Shown: piece after piece, positions 39,301-52,144 of the stretch
Numbering within the stretch: the stretch's first letter is position 1
Layout: each line of letters opens with the position of its first letter
Source of the DNA: Lama glama
Lineage: Eukaryota
Length of the DNA stretch: 64,000 nt
Direction: 5' to 3'
Assembly: GCA_028534125.1 (NCBI GenBank)
Contig: CM052816.1
Location: forward strand, 46,936,001 to 47,000,000
Made by a program: the position numbers and the translations under genes
The notes under the pieces: generated by a model
Told to the model about the DNA's origin: nothing
Databases searched by the model: none
Seen by the model: the letters and a program-made list of their open reading frames with translations, nothing else

Positions 39301-41269
39301 ATGTAGCCTAGTTACTGAAAAAGTCATTTCTTGTGAGAAAGGCATGTAGAATATGTCCTAAAGAAAATCAATGTTTTCAGCGTAGTGGGAACGGATCCCT
39401 TTTATTCTGTTGGTGTCTGGAAATACCACCAAAGTAGTGCGATGTGCTGAGTCCCCCTGAACCTTTACTGTTGGTAGCTATTATAGTATGCTTGACAGGA
39501 TTTTTGTCCGTGGTATATAAAACATCCAGACAAAAGTAGGCCTTGAAATACTGAAAAGTATCTCATATTTCCTGGTGCTCGTACTTCTTAGTACTCTGAA
39601 CTATGGATGTCACCATTTTAAAGTGACTGCATCTCAAAATGTGAGGTCCTATTGTAAGGACCTAACCTCATTACAAACACTTCTCAGAGAATTTGTTACA
39701 ATGAATTCATTGATTAATCATTTAAATGGCACTTGGTATTTTTAAGTGGCAATTCTCCTATGCTTTCAGACCAAGAGCAGTTAAATACTAAATATTGCTA
39801 TTTTTATTTGTTAATTTTATTAGCAGCCGCCTCAGTAGTTTATAATTAAACATGACAGGTAGATTTGCATGATGTCTCCAAATGTGCTTAGCGACACAAC
39901 AGTATTAACATAACTTTTTGTGATAACAAGTAAAATGAGACTACATTTTTCTTTCTGATCAATAGAACTCCTCTTCAGGATTTTATTAGTAATGACTTCA
40001 GCATTAATGTGACTACACTTTATATTCATTTCTAACACTGTCTAAGCAGTTTTATGAATCAGTTATGTAGCAACAGGACATGCAAGTAGAGAATGTTTAC
40101 CTCTGGAATTCACTGCATCTTAAGTATAACATTCTAAAATATGTATGTGTTTATTCGGGTTACTTGAAGAAAACAGCTTAATAGAATAAAATAGCTCATG
40201 ATCCCTGAAGCAAAATTTGACAAAAAATTTATGTTTATTGTCCCATAATCATCACCTGTATATATTACATGTATTTAAATATTTTACTGACAAAATGAAT
40301 ACAAGGAGGTTTTCTGTTTGAAAATGTATGAAGCTGGACTGACGTTGGAAACTTTAGGTGAGAGTCGACAGGGCTATGACTATTACTATCACATATATTT
40401 GATTGCAGTGATCTGACTCCATTTTAGATCGCAAAACGTTATTTAAAGAAGTTTGTATTTTTATAAAGTTTAATGTTAAATTTGCATAGATTTACGACTT
40501 AGGTGAACAAAAATAAAAGAAGAAATTATACTTCTATTTAGATCAGAAAGTATACACCATGAATTTAATTAAACTTTCCTTTAAAATGAGTTTTATATTA
40601 TTTTCCATACAACATGAAGAATCTGCTTTCCCCTTGAAAGTGCTGGAAAAAAATTGGTAAGAATAGAACAATTCAGATGTAACTAAAGAAATTAATTGTA
40701 TAGGAATATTGAATATTTGGGCACTGGATAAACGTCTTTTGAGTTGTTCTCTATTTTGAAAGATGTCATCCCTGATCAGGGCTCTAATGAGAATGAACTT
40801 GGAACAGTGCTCTCACCGACCCCTTCACCTTAGGGGAGTGGGACTGTGTAGCAGCAAAGGGGACACGGATAAGAATAAAATTGTGTCTGGGCCTCGTAGC
40901 AACCTAATTTCTGCCATAGCATCCTAACCTCAAACTTGCTAAACTTAGATGCACAATCCCACTGAAAATTCTTTCTGGTCTCCACCGCTGTTGTAGAGAA
41001 GAAAAGCATAGTTTTCTCGGAGGGAGAATGGACTAAAGGGGTGGGTGGGCAGGTTGGTATGTAATCAGAGTTCTCTTAACTTGCTTTTAACCTGCTCGCT
41101 TATATTTACTGGATAAGTGTATCTCTGTTCACTCTGTTGTCTATAAGTTTCTATACCTAGGAGCTTAAAAATGAATCCATTCATCCGAATTCTGCTTTGC
41201 CTAGTGTTTGCACTCAGTACGGATGCTGCTGGTCTTGAGTGAATCAGGTGGTTCTTTTGGCATATAGGA

Positions 41270-41455
41270 ATTTATCTGTAAGAGGGCTGGCTTTGGAGTG
41301 AGGAGAACTGGGTAAGAACTGCAGCTTGTCCTTATGTGGAGCATTGTCTTAGCCTCAGGACTCCTCCTTACACGGTGACTCTAAAGATTACATAAAATAT
41401 CATCTGATAAAATAACTAGTACTGTGTCTGGAACAGAAGAGATGCCCCAGAATGC
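41270..41455 (+). mobile_element. Degraded MIR
   Basis: 'aagagggctggctttggagtgaggagaactgggt' head and 'ctagtactgtgtctggaacagaagagatgcccc' tail. Confidence 0.55.
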
Positions 41456-44400
41456 CGGTTGAATCAAAATGTGAATGTGTACAGTCCAGGATAAATTGAG
41501 AGCTGCGTGGTTTTGTTAAGAATGGTTGTGTATCTTGAGCGGTGCGTGGCAGGCCAGAGGTTCCCTCCATCATCTGGGAAAAGCGACAAGGCCCCGTGTG
41601 GGGCTCCTGCTTGAGTCTCACGCCAGAATCCCACATTTCACCAAACCATGTGAAACTTCTGGGTCTTTTCTCATAGCTGCAACTCAGGCAAGAACTGAAA
41701 AATTGGATGCTTAGAGGCAAACAAAAAGAATAAAAGTTGGCATAGAAATCTAATTTTTTAAAACATAGAATCTGGTGTATGATAGACTAAATAAACATTT
41801 GCTGAATAAATACACAAATAAATAAAGGTGGATTTTAAACATGCAAACCACCAAATTGGAAAATAAGTAATTCCAAGATTACCCCGCCCCCATCCTTTTT
41901 TTTCTTTTGAGAATAAAAAGTTCAAGGGACTTTAAGAGGGTGAAGGGCATGCTAAGTGATCCACCTTTGTGTGCACATATTTTGAAGAAGAATATACTTG
42001 ACAGACACCTTTATGGCATGTAGCTTAAAGTACAAGAATAAGCCCATAGTAATATGTTCCTTGTACAATTTGTTTCAAGCAAAGTATAGCACAGTCACAT
42101 ACTTATTCATGGAATAATCTATCATTTCTTCATAGTACAAGCATTTATTTAGAATATTTTCTTAAATTTCATACTTAGGTGTTTACCAAATATGCCCTTT
42201 CACCATTTTATGAAGAAGGATCTATTTTCAGACATCACATGACTTTGGGCTGAGTCAGGACTGCCGATGTATGTAGGCCGACAAAAATCAGTGCCTCAGC
42301 TGTAGGCATTGTGTTGACCTGTTAACCTGAATTTCATTTGACTACTTTTGTATTTAAACTTACATTCCATAACCTACATACGCACGAGGGATTAATTCTC
42401 ATTTGAGAACTATCATCCTACTTTAAAATAACTATAACAGCAAAAATAGATGTTCATTTCAACCATCAACTTTTTTTTCGAGACTTGGAGCTCGTCTTCT
42501 CGAGAGTTCCTCCGAGCAACAGAGCGAAGAGAGGCAACTTAAAGTGATACCAACTTAGAGGAGTTTGCAGAGATGTCCCTTCATAATGGGTGGTGGCATC
42601 TGTGGAGTTCCTTTTTATTCTCTGGCATTCATAAAAATTATACCACATCTATATGCATTTTAAGTGCCAATATAAATACAAAAACTTTCTAAGTGATATT
42701 TTTCCCTAGTGCCTTTAATTTACATAAATCTCAATGATTCAGAATAAAACTGGGTGATGCTAATACTTTCTTTCTGGTATAAAACTTATATATTGGAAAA
42801 ATTATAAAAATACAGAGTCACCTCAAACAGACAATAAGTAAAGGAAGCAGATTAACTTTTTACAACTGCCAACTGACAGTATTAGCCCACTTGTAAGCAG
42901 TAATACTAATTGTAAAAAAGTGTACATTGAATGTTCAACTTTGCAAGTGTATCTGTAAAGATTAGAAAGAGAATTAGCTTTCTTTTTAAGAAGTATACAT
43001 AAAATGTCATTCCAAAAAATTCTGTTTCACTATTTCTTTTCCTCATTATTCTTTGAATTTCAGGCCCTAAAGAACCTCTCTATACACGAAGTTTAATTTT
43101 GCCCATTGTTTTATCCTAGGAAAATTGATGATGATTCCAAGTCATTGTTTGAATATGTCTTAAAAATATTCACTGATTATTTTTTGGTAGCTTGATAATC
43201 TTTATAACATGATTTTTCATGTAATGAATATTTTAACTAAAATAGTAAAATCAAGATGATGTATTTACTTTTGTTTGTATAGTATTATATGATCTGGTAA
43301 AGTACCCTTACAGAAATTGTCCCACTAAATAAATAAATAATAAACTTCATACCCAAGTGTTTTTTGGATGATAAACACTTCTCAGGGTAGCATGTTTATT
43401 TTTAAGATATTTTCTAATTATTTTAAAAACATATGTGACCTTCTCTTTTTAAGAAATCATTGAAAAATCTTTGCCAACATTGAGCCTTTTCAAGTAAAAG
43501 GCACAGATTTATCTTTCAGGGGTTTCCTTTTCCCCATGTGTGTTGCACAGGACTTAGAAGGACAAATTTAATCAGTAAGCTCATTATTTATAGAATTTAA
43601 GAACTTGAGATAAGCACAGAGAAGCAAGAGGATAGTTGTGTCCCACTTTTATTTACTTTGAAAAATCATGCATCACACAACAGTTTGCATTGGTGAACAG
43701 GACTCACAGATGTGCTGGTTAAATGAATTGGGTGTGCCCTGCCTTGCTCGTATCAATCCACGACACCCTAATAACAAATTTGCATTTATAAATCTTCATA
43801 ATTATGAAGTTCATATTTTTCTGTATATTGTTTCTTTTTAGCAAAAGCTACATGTTCTTTAGAATGAATTCCAATCAGCTTATGGTAGTACCATATAAAT
43901 AACATAGTTTAATGCTGAAAAAACATATTCACTATGCTTCCTACAATATAAGAATGCCAGTTTTCGGTTTTACTGCTCTCTGCTGCATACGCATGATTGT
44001 GTGTTTCTCACCAGTCAAAATCTTCTCTTTCTTTCTGTAGCCCTCTTTCTCTCTCTACCCTTCTCTCTCTTCTTTTTCTTCCTGGATTTCCTGCAGTCCT
44101 CCCCCCTCTGCCACCAGTTCACTTCCTTCCCTGCCCTCGGTTCTCCACTGCAGAGTACAGTGAACATATTAGGAACAGTCAGTTGTGGCTGGGCTTCTAG
44201 CCTTGCTCAACTCCAGCATTAGCAAAGGGATTCAGTTTCTTGAATTCATTAATAGTGTTTTGCCACAAAAGGCTTTGTAGTTCTCTCCTGAATATTGAGC
44301 CTAGCTTAATAACATTCCATTTATGTTAAAGACACATTTAATCTGTAAATGTGACCTTTAGAAGAATTCTCTTGTTTTTCATTAAAGAAACACTGCATTA

Positions 44401-46456
44401 CAAATATTAATTATTCCTTGATGCCATATTTTAATTAACTAATCATGTGCTATTTGCAGCAATGAAGAATGTAGTAATGTATGTGCAGTAATGCTATGTA
44501 ATGCAAGATCGATATCAAAGAATCCATTGCTGCAGAAAAGACATGTTTTGAGTATCTTCTCTGGGCGATGCTTCTATGAAACATTGCGTCTAGAATGATG
44601 CTTTGTTTTGCTCTGTGTTTTGTATTTTTAAATGCCCACGCAAGTCTGATTAAAATGCTGAACATATCGTTAGCCCCATCACTAATAAGTGAACGTTCAC
44701 TGATGCATATTAGCAGGGTCTAGCAATGTGGTGAAATTGTCACTTAAGTGCTTGGAATCTGAACACAGAAAATGACAGGCAATGCCGAAGGTCCGGCTCC
44801 AGTGCATGTCTTCACTGTAGCTGGAGTCACTGGAATGGTGAAACCAGTTTAGGTTCAAGGTCGCTGCTGACATTCAGCTGTCATGGCTTCATTGTCTGCA
44901 GGCCTTCTCTCCATTGACACATTCAAGTGTACTTTATAGCAACCACAAAGAGCCAGTCAATTGATACCATTACACTTCATGCACACACAAACCACAAGCC
45001 TGTTCAGGACTGTTGATACAGTCTAACATTTATTCATTAAGGGATCTATTGAAAATGCAACTTGCCCAGCCCCACTCTTAACAACATAGACTTACTTGTT
45101 TAGTCCAAACATTTAGCGACGTCTTTTTCAAGTTTTGCACAGCATTCTCTAATTGAGGTAACATTATCTGCATTTTAATGCTACACCATTTATGTCCAGT
45201 GAAAGATTACCTGAAGAACCCTGCCATTACCACACTAGTTTAAATACGGGCAGTCGTATAGAAAAAATATACACAAAAGATGTAAGCAGGGGGAAAAGGG
45301 AGATATTTATTTGTTCTGGGAGTGCCACGGAAATCCAATTGCTCAGAAATGAAATAAGAGTCTGAAGTGAAAGGAGGGAAAACCTAAGCTTGGGTCAGGG
45401 AAGAGGCAGTGATTAGCCCCATTGTTAGAAGCTCTTTGAGCTTCGTTGGTTGTAAAGAAAAACCCACTAATGAATCTATTGAAGCTTGCCAGAACTTTGT
45501 GTGGAAGACAACTTAAGTTATGGTGCTTATCTAAAAAATGGTAGTAAAGCATGTGGATATATAAAACTGCACATATGTCTCTTGATTAACAGCTTGCCTA
45601 TAAAAACAAAAAAAAAATTGTTTAAAGATTGTATGTTGCACAAATAGCCTACTTAACATGTGTGTGTTTAATTCTGTATTCACAGGTCTTGAAAATAATC
45701 ACCTCAATGATGAGGAGATGTAAGAAAATATATCCTATTGAATTGTTAAAAGACAGCAAAATAGCCAGAAGTATAGTGTAGCTGATCTCCTCTTGGTTTT
45801 CTACCAATATTTGTATTAAAGAATAGGTTTAAAAGTCAAGTTTGAAGGCTGATTCATGCTTTGCATATTTTAAAGATGCAAAACCCACTTTATCAAGGTA
45901 TGTGATCAACTGACATAAAAAAAATCATAGACTTTGGAAAATAGGACCAATATGTCCATGTACTGCATTCAGTAAAAAATGTTTATCATGCTTCCAGAAT
46001 ATGTGGCATTTCCAACCTAGAACTGAGTCCATTTTGCAGTTCGATAAAATATTTAATTACATAAGCCTAACTTTATGATAAACTTGCACTGTCTAAAATA
46101 AGACTGTCATTAATGTAAGAATTCAATTAAGCAGCAATATACTCGAAAAAATAATTGTGGCTAGTCACTTGGTTAAGATCATTGCTAGTACCTGGGAAAC
46201 TTATATTGCATAATAGGTAGAAATAGAATATATTCTTTCTACAGTTTTGCCTCAAGTTTTGCCAAATACTTTTAAGTGTTTTATTGGTGAAGCAGAGTTC
46301 AAATGCTGAATGAGAAGAGATCCTCCCCTTCCCCCACCTTCCCCCACCATCAAACTCAACCATGGTTTCATGACTTTTTCACGAGAATGGAGTTTGTTAC
46401 TTGCGAAGCATGATTCTTTGCTTCTGAGAAGTTGTTTTTATAAATAAATAAGTGTC

Positions 46457-46471
46457 AGGTCAATGAGTTCA
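46457..46471 (+). promoter_or_regulatory. Perfect DR3 nuclear-receptor element (VDR/PXR:RXR type) AGGTCA-atg-AGTTCA
   Basis: Exact match to RGKTCA-N3-RGKTCA in non-repeat sequence; function not demonstrated. Confidence 0.4.
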
Positions 46472-46939
46472 CTCATTTTTTTCATGAGCACTAAAGCATT
46501 ATTCCTCCAAAGCATACTATTTGGGGGCAACAGGAGTAACCACTAAGCAAATGGTTTCTTATAATGCCAAAGGTCTCTACTTTGGGCATCTCAGATTTCT
46601 AATTAACTTTTGTGGAGATGACCTTGTAGGGATCATGGCATTGTCTCTTTAAACCCATGTCTCCATAAAGGAAGATGCCATTGCCATGGTATTAGCACCC
46701 TTTCTTCAGGTCTTTATTGATTTGCTTCAGTGTTCAAACTAGCATAAGCAAAGGCTCACAGTAACCAAATAAGAACTAGTTATATGGATGTAGTTTTTCT
46801 AAAGTCCAAACCATCAAAAATCCATTATAAGATCTGTTAACAAAAATGTCTCTATTTCTCTAAGATTTTATGTCAGAATTTTGACTTATTGTTGAATTTG
46901 AGGATGAGAATTGCGACAGCTATATCAAAAAATTGGGGA

Positions 46940-47190
46940 GGTAAAGGGAATCAATGTTTACAGATACTACATTCCAGATGCGGTATCGGGTGTCTCGCCT
47001 TTGCTAGTTATTCTCCACAACCACCATCTATATTTTGGGATTGTTATTATTTTGTTTTATAAATGGAAAGAAAGAAGCTCCAGGAATTTTAAAACCTTAC
47101 CTGAGGCTACATAGCAAGTAAGTGGTAAGGCTGCAAATTTAACTCAAGATTATATTCTCCTGAAGCCTATGCTGTCTTGAATACCCAGTT
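46940..47190 (-). mobile_element. MIR SINE
   Basis: 'ctccacaaccaccatcta...ttttataaatggaaagaaagaagctc...acctgaggctacatagcaagtaagtgg'. Confidence 0.7.
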
Positions 47191-47392
47191 CAGCCAAAGG
47201 ACTTTGGTGAAATTTGGCTAATGTTGCTGCTGCCATTTGTGGTGAACACTGCCTTCTCTTTCTCCTTTATGTTGCTTCCCTTCAAATTCACTTCCCTTTA
47301 AAGAGCTTTTCATTTGCCTTTTTTCTCTTGCCTTCTTTCCTTCGATCGGTGAGAACACTGAAGGTCAGTCATCTTCTACATCAGACACTTAC

Positions 47393-47525
47393 CATACCTG
47401 CTTAATAGAAGCAGCTTCACTAACAAGTGAAGATGCGCGCTCTACCTGTATGCAACTGTTTCTACTGGTCACCTTTTCTCAGATGAAGACTATGAATATC
47501 TGTCTGTCAGTCTGAAATTCTAGGT
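47393..47525 (-). other. Candidate non-coding internal exon (133 nt)
   Basis: Minus strand: acceptor 'ttttatgtaatatttacag|ACCTAG', donor 'GTATG|GTAAGT' (alternative CAG|GTATGG 5 nt upstream); stops in all three frames. Confidence 0.4.
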
Positions 47526-47764
47526 CTGTAAATATTACATAAAATCATTTTGGTGAATTATAATACTTCAAGCTTCCCTCCAAAACTATCTTTTATTTTT
47601 TTATATTAATTTAGCAGTTTTTTTTCCTCAGAAATTTCTTCTGAGATAAGGAAACAAACTTTTACAGGAAGTTACTCTGTATTTGTAGATTCTAGATGAG
47701 GAGATAAATATTAACTTTTTTTTTTTTTTTACTATTCTACTGTATACTTCTGTACGTTGTGTTC

Positions 47765-47792
<28 letters not shown>
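47765..47792. repeat. (GT)14 microsatellite
   Basis: Directly visible. Confidence 0.99.
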
Positions 47793-47796
<4 letters not shown>

Positions 47797-50700
47797 CTTC
47801 CAGGCATCCCCTTCCTGTCTAGCCATCTTCTGTTCTCACTACTTTTGTATGAAGGTTTATGACATATTTCTTCTTGAAAAAAAAAAGACTGTCTAAATGC
47901 AAAATTATCACTTATATATCTTGGTCAATTTTTGGAGTAGTCACTCATTTGAATGGAAAGAAATTACCCCATTTGAAAATTAGAAAGGGTGTAGTGCTTT
48001 TGTCATAAGCACATTTACTTTCTCTGGTAATGCAATTTTTCTTTGTCTGTCCAGCTCTATTTCCCAAAACCATTCTAAATGGGGACTTCAAAATATACCG
48101 TATTAAAAATGCCAGTAAATAATATTCAAACATTAGCAGGAGGAGGATGACCAGAGCAAACAGTTGACTTTCCTTCTCAAATTTTGCTGAAATAAAATAT
48201 ATATTTTTATTTTTAATCATGTAACTTGGTCACAAATATTTTGAAATTAATATTAAATGATATGTTAGAAAACAGGATTATTTTCCAGAAACTTGCCACA
48301 CGTGAAATTTTAATTTTGACTGTTCTCTGTTGGTACACAGGTAAAGCAAACATTATGTGGCAAGGTTACTGTTCGCATTTCACCTTTTTGGTAAAAAGAA
48401 AATTTTTAAGTGTTACACAATCGCTTACAGGAAAATAATCAACTTTTAAGAAAGTGAAATATTCTTTTAAGACATGTCTTCAGTTAATTTCTAATCTTGA
48501 AGGAGGCTTATTTGATGGTTGTACCCTATAATTAGTGAGATCAGTAATCAAGACAACTGTGATTTATTTTACTGGGGTTGCTCAGAGACTGAAGACATCT
48601 GGCCTAGACAACTCTGATGCTAAAATTAAAAATACACCTAAATTTGCTTTGTTACATGATTCTCTTCAGAGGGACAAGAGGTTATCTTCTCTGCAGGAGG
48701 ACAATTCTGCAGGGTCAAAATCGAATAATATTTGTTTTCTGGCAGCAGAATGTATCATACTTCTAAGGACAGTAAGCACATGGGTGGACGTCAATGAATA
48801 CTAAACACTAATTGATCTGATCCATCCATATGCATACACAAAAATACCCATGGTGGCCGGTAGTGGTCGAAAATTACATTTCGCTTCTATTAAAAGATCT
48901 GTCGCTTTTAGGTCAGGGTGGGATTTTGGAGGGGTGAGCTCCTGCAGGAGAAAGCTTTGCTGACAACTGGCGGTGTGTTAGGGCTGTTTGTTGTTTGGCT
49001 TGTTGGTGATGCTTAGCCAAGGAGACACTTCCTTTCAGATTCTGTCTTCCAAACCCCAGGGCTCTGTTCTGGGCAGTTCAGCCTAATGGAATTAAGCCTG
49101 ACACATTTCAACTCTATTTCTCCATAAAATAAACATAAAACAATGGTTTAGATTTCTAATAAAACTCTTGAAGCATGTGGGACTCCAACTTTCCCTGTTC
49201 TTTACACATCTGTAAATAAAGCGCATAAAAGAGGAGCAGAACAGGATAAATCAACATAAATTTGAAATCCACTGCAGCATATTAAACGGCGCAGGCTCAG
49301 TCAAAGAGAGGCTGACCCCGCGGCTTCGTGCAGTTTGAAGCTAATTGTTTTCGTCAGGATGGGAACGTCTGGAAGTCCATGGCTGTATCCCACCAGTAAG
49401 GCTCCAGTAACTGAGCTGGCCTACAGAGAATGGACCCACTTTGTAGCGACACAGCGGGCTCAGACACCACCTATTCTGCTCTCCAAACTGTCATGCATAA
49501 CAACTTTATTGTGCTAAATTGAACTTGAAAGCAACCAAAGGCTATGAGAAGGAGAGGCTATGAGAAAAGCGTGCTGTCAGCCCTGGCAAAGGCTGACCTG
49601 GAAAGTAGGCTCAGAGACAGGGGAATAAAAGACCAGGCCCCATGAACACAGCATATTGTTTCATTTTAAAGTATGATTCCCATACCAGAGAAAGTAGCAA
49701 ATGTGATGTAAATTTATTTAAATAGATTCGACCGCTTAAAAGTTTGCCAGCCGCTCTTATCCAACTTTCCCAGCTCTCTGATTCGTTACTTACAGTGGGA
49801 ATATAATGACATATAGTCATCATTGTAACAGCTTCTTTGCAGGGGCACAATGATGATTAATAGCCAGCAGCAAATTTTCACATGGGCTCTGAAGCACTAT
49901 GGCATTAAGCAGCCAAACAGTCCCAAATCCCCCTTTTCTGTTCCGCTGAAAAGTCCCCTCCTTGTACCTTGCAGATAGGAACAAAGCCTATCTTAATTCC
50001 AATCAGCTTTTCCTCATTCAAAGGGACCTTCTCTTTTTCATAATTGATTCATGTGCATTTTTTAGTGTCTCACTGAGCTGAAGCCACTTTTCTCTCTTTC
50101 TCTGTTCTGCCCCCACACCCACACCCCCTTTTTTTTTGATGGGGTGAGGAGTGGGAAACATTTCAACAACAACAACAATAAAAACCAGTGTGTTCTTCCT
50201 TCCCCAAATATTTGCTAAATAGATTTCTCAATTAGTAATCGTTTGTGCTTTACATTTAAAGGGTTTAAGACAAAAAAAATTAACTCCTGGATTCCTCCGT
50301 CCTTGGAAACGATTTTAGTTATAAAAAGTATGAGCTCACTGAAGTAACTCTGAGGGGAGCCTCCCAAGGATGCCCTGCTTCTTTGGGGGAGTCTGAGCAG
50401 CTCTTATTCCCATGAGAGACTCACAGCTGGAAGGAGGACAGAGTCTCTTGCTCTGGACAGATTCTTTTTTCTCCTCTGTGCTGGTAGCCATCAAAAAGGA
50501 ACAAGTGACCAAATGGAAGGCAGCAAATGAAACACTCCTCACCGGCTCTCTCCTTAAGTATCATTTCACCCGGTAGCAATTGCGCATTATAATTATTAGC
50601 AGAAGCTCCTGTGCTATTTGTAGAAGTGCTCGCTCCCATCAGCACTTTCCACCTCCTGTGATAAGGACAAAAATGACATCAGCCAGTGCCTTCTTGGAAG

Positions 50701-51887
50701 GGGATTTCCACATGCAAACTCATTTGTGTTTCTATGACAGTATAATGGCCATCAAATGCGGAGTTTTCGTAGCTATACTTTGCATATTTGTTTACGTTTC
50801 CTACAATCCTGCCCTCATTTTTATATATGAGTAGGGGGCACCAGATGCCCCTGTTTACTTAGGACACACCTCATGTATTTCTATTTTTGTTACATAATTA
50901 TTAATAGTGCTGTCTTTCACTCTCAATTGATTTGAGCAGTTTGCAAAACCCATACCTTTTTGCTATTAAAACTGTCGCAGATGACTTCTGCAAACCAAAT
51001 AGGTGGGTTGTCTCTTACCCAGGTGGCTGTGGCTTGCAGTTTCGGGAAAGGATTCTGACTTGGAAACCCTGCTGCCGATGCAGCCGCACCGACTTTTGTC
51101 TCGCCCACTTTTAAGAGGTCAGCTGACCCTTTGCAGCTTCTTTGATATGTAGCAGAAAGGAGGGCATCTGCTGAAATGAAAGACACATTGCCAACCAGAT
51201 TTTAAGTGTGACACTCTCCTTCGGCTGGGTCACGGTTCTCACTGTGAACCAGAGCAACACACTTCACTGGTCAGATAAAAATACTATGCCATGTATTCGA
51301 TAATGACCTTTCTCTTGCTTTGGTGTCTTCAAATGGTTAAATGAAGACTATGTCAAACTGATTGGAGGAATTCTGTTCATCATTTCCACTCTAGTTCTTA
51401 TATCTTCTCATAAAAAAGCAACATGAGAGTGGCATCATATATCTACATTGTACAATTTAGACAAGAATCTCACAGGTGAGTGCATTCTAGTCTTTAGGTT
51501 ATACAAATGAAGTGTCTCAGGGAATGTTACAAACCCATATGGCGATGTCCTTAAAGGCTGGATTTTGCATCTGGATTTCAGAGTGAACTAAGAGATGTGT
51601 CATGTCATCTGTAGGTGGAGAGGCCCCCTTGATGGGGCCACTGAAGAGGTTGATATATGTTGTTTATTCCTGAAAGTATAAGGAGTAAATGGACTCCTAT
51701 ATGCTAGGTTCTGAGTAATTTTAGCAAAACCATCAAATTTCCCACTTTCCATCAAACCATAGCCCATATTCAAATACTGGAAGGACATGGACGTAAGAAT
51801 TGTGACTCCGTTCTGAGCTCCTTTACAGAAGTACAGCCACTTGGTGATTCCATCATTCTTAGCCCAACTGCAGCCTATCCAATCTTT

Positions 51888-52144
51888 GTTTGTTTGTATG
51901 TGTGTGTGTGTATATATATGTATATACATATATATACATATATATACACACACACACATACATATTTATTGAGGTATAGTCAGTTTACAATGTTGTGTCA
52001 ATTTCTGGTGTACAGCATAATGCCTCAGTCATACATGAACATACATATATTCATTTTCATATTCTTTTTCACCGTAAGTTACTACAAGATATTGAATATT
52101 GAATATAGTTCCTTGTGCTTTATAGTATAAACTTGTTGTTTATC
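51888..52144 (-). mobile_element. 5'-truncated lineage-specific L1 3' end whose A-tail has become a compound (GT)/(AT)/(AC) microsatellite
   Basis: 'tttattgaggtatagtcagtttacaatgttgtgtcaatttctggtgtacagc' matches the L1 end at ~59.8 kb; TSD ctatccaatcttt (51875-51887) / ttatctaatcttt (52145-52157). Confidence 0.9.

Noticed and set aside
49539..49566. Direct repeat aggctatgagaa x2 (similar short duplication at ~12999-13031)
   Set aside because: Ordinary local slippage duplication with no array structure
50828..50842. CTCF-like site 'tgagtagggggcacc' (weaker ones at ~28216 and ~57380)
   Set aside because: It lacks the conserved 5' CC positions and cannot be supported without a PWM score or ChIP data
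51116..51130. AGGTCAgcTGACCC as an estrogen response element
   Set aside because: The spacer is 2 nt, not the 3 nt of a canonical ERE
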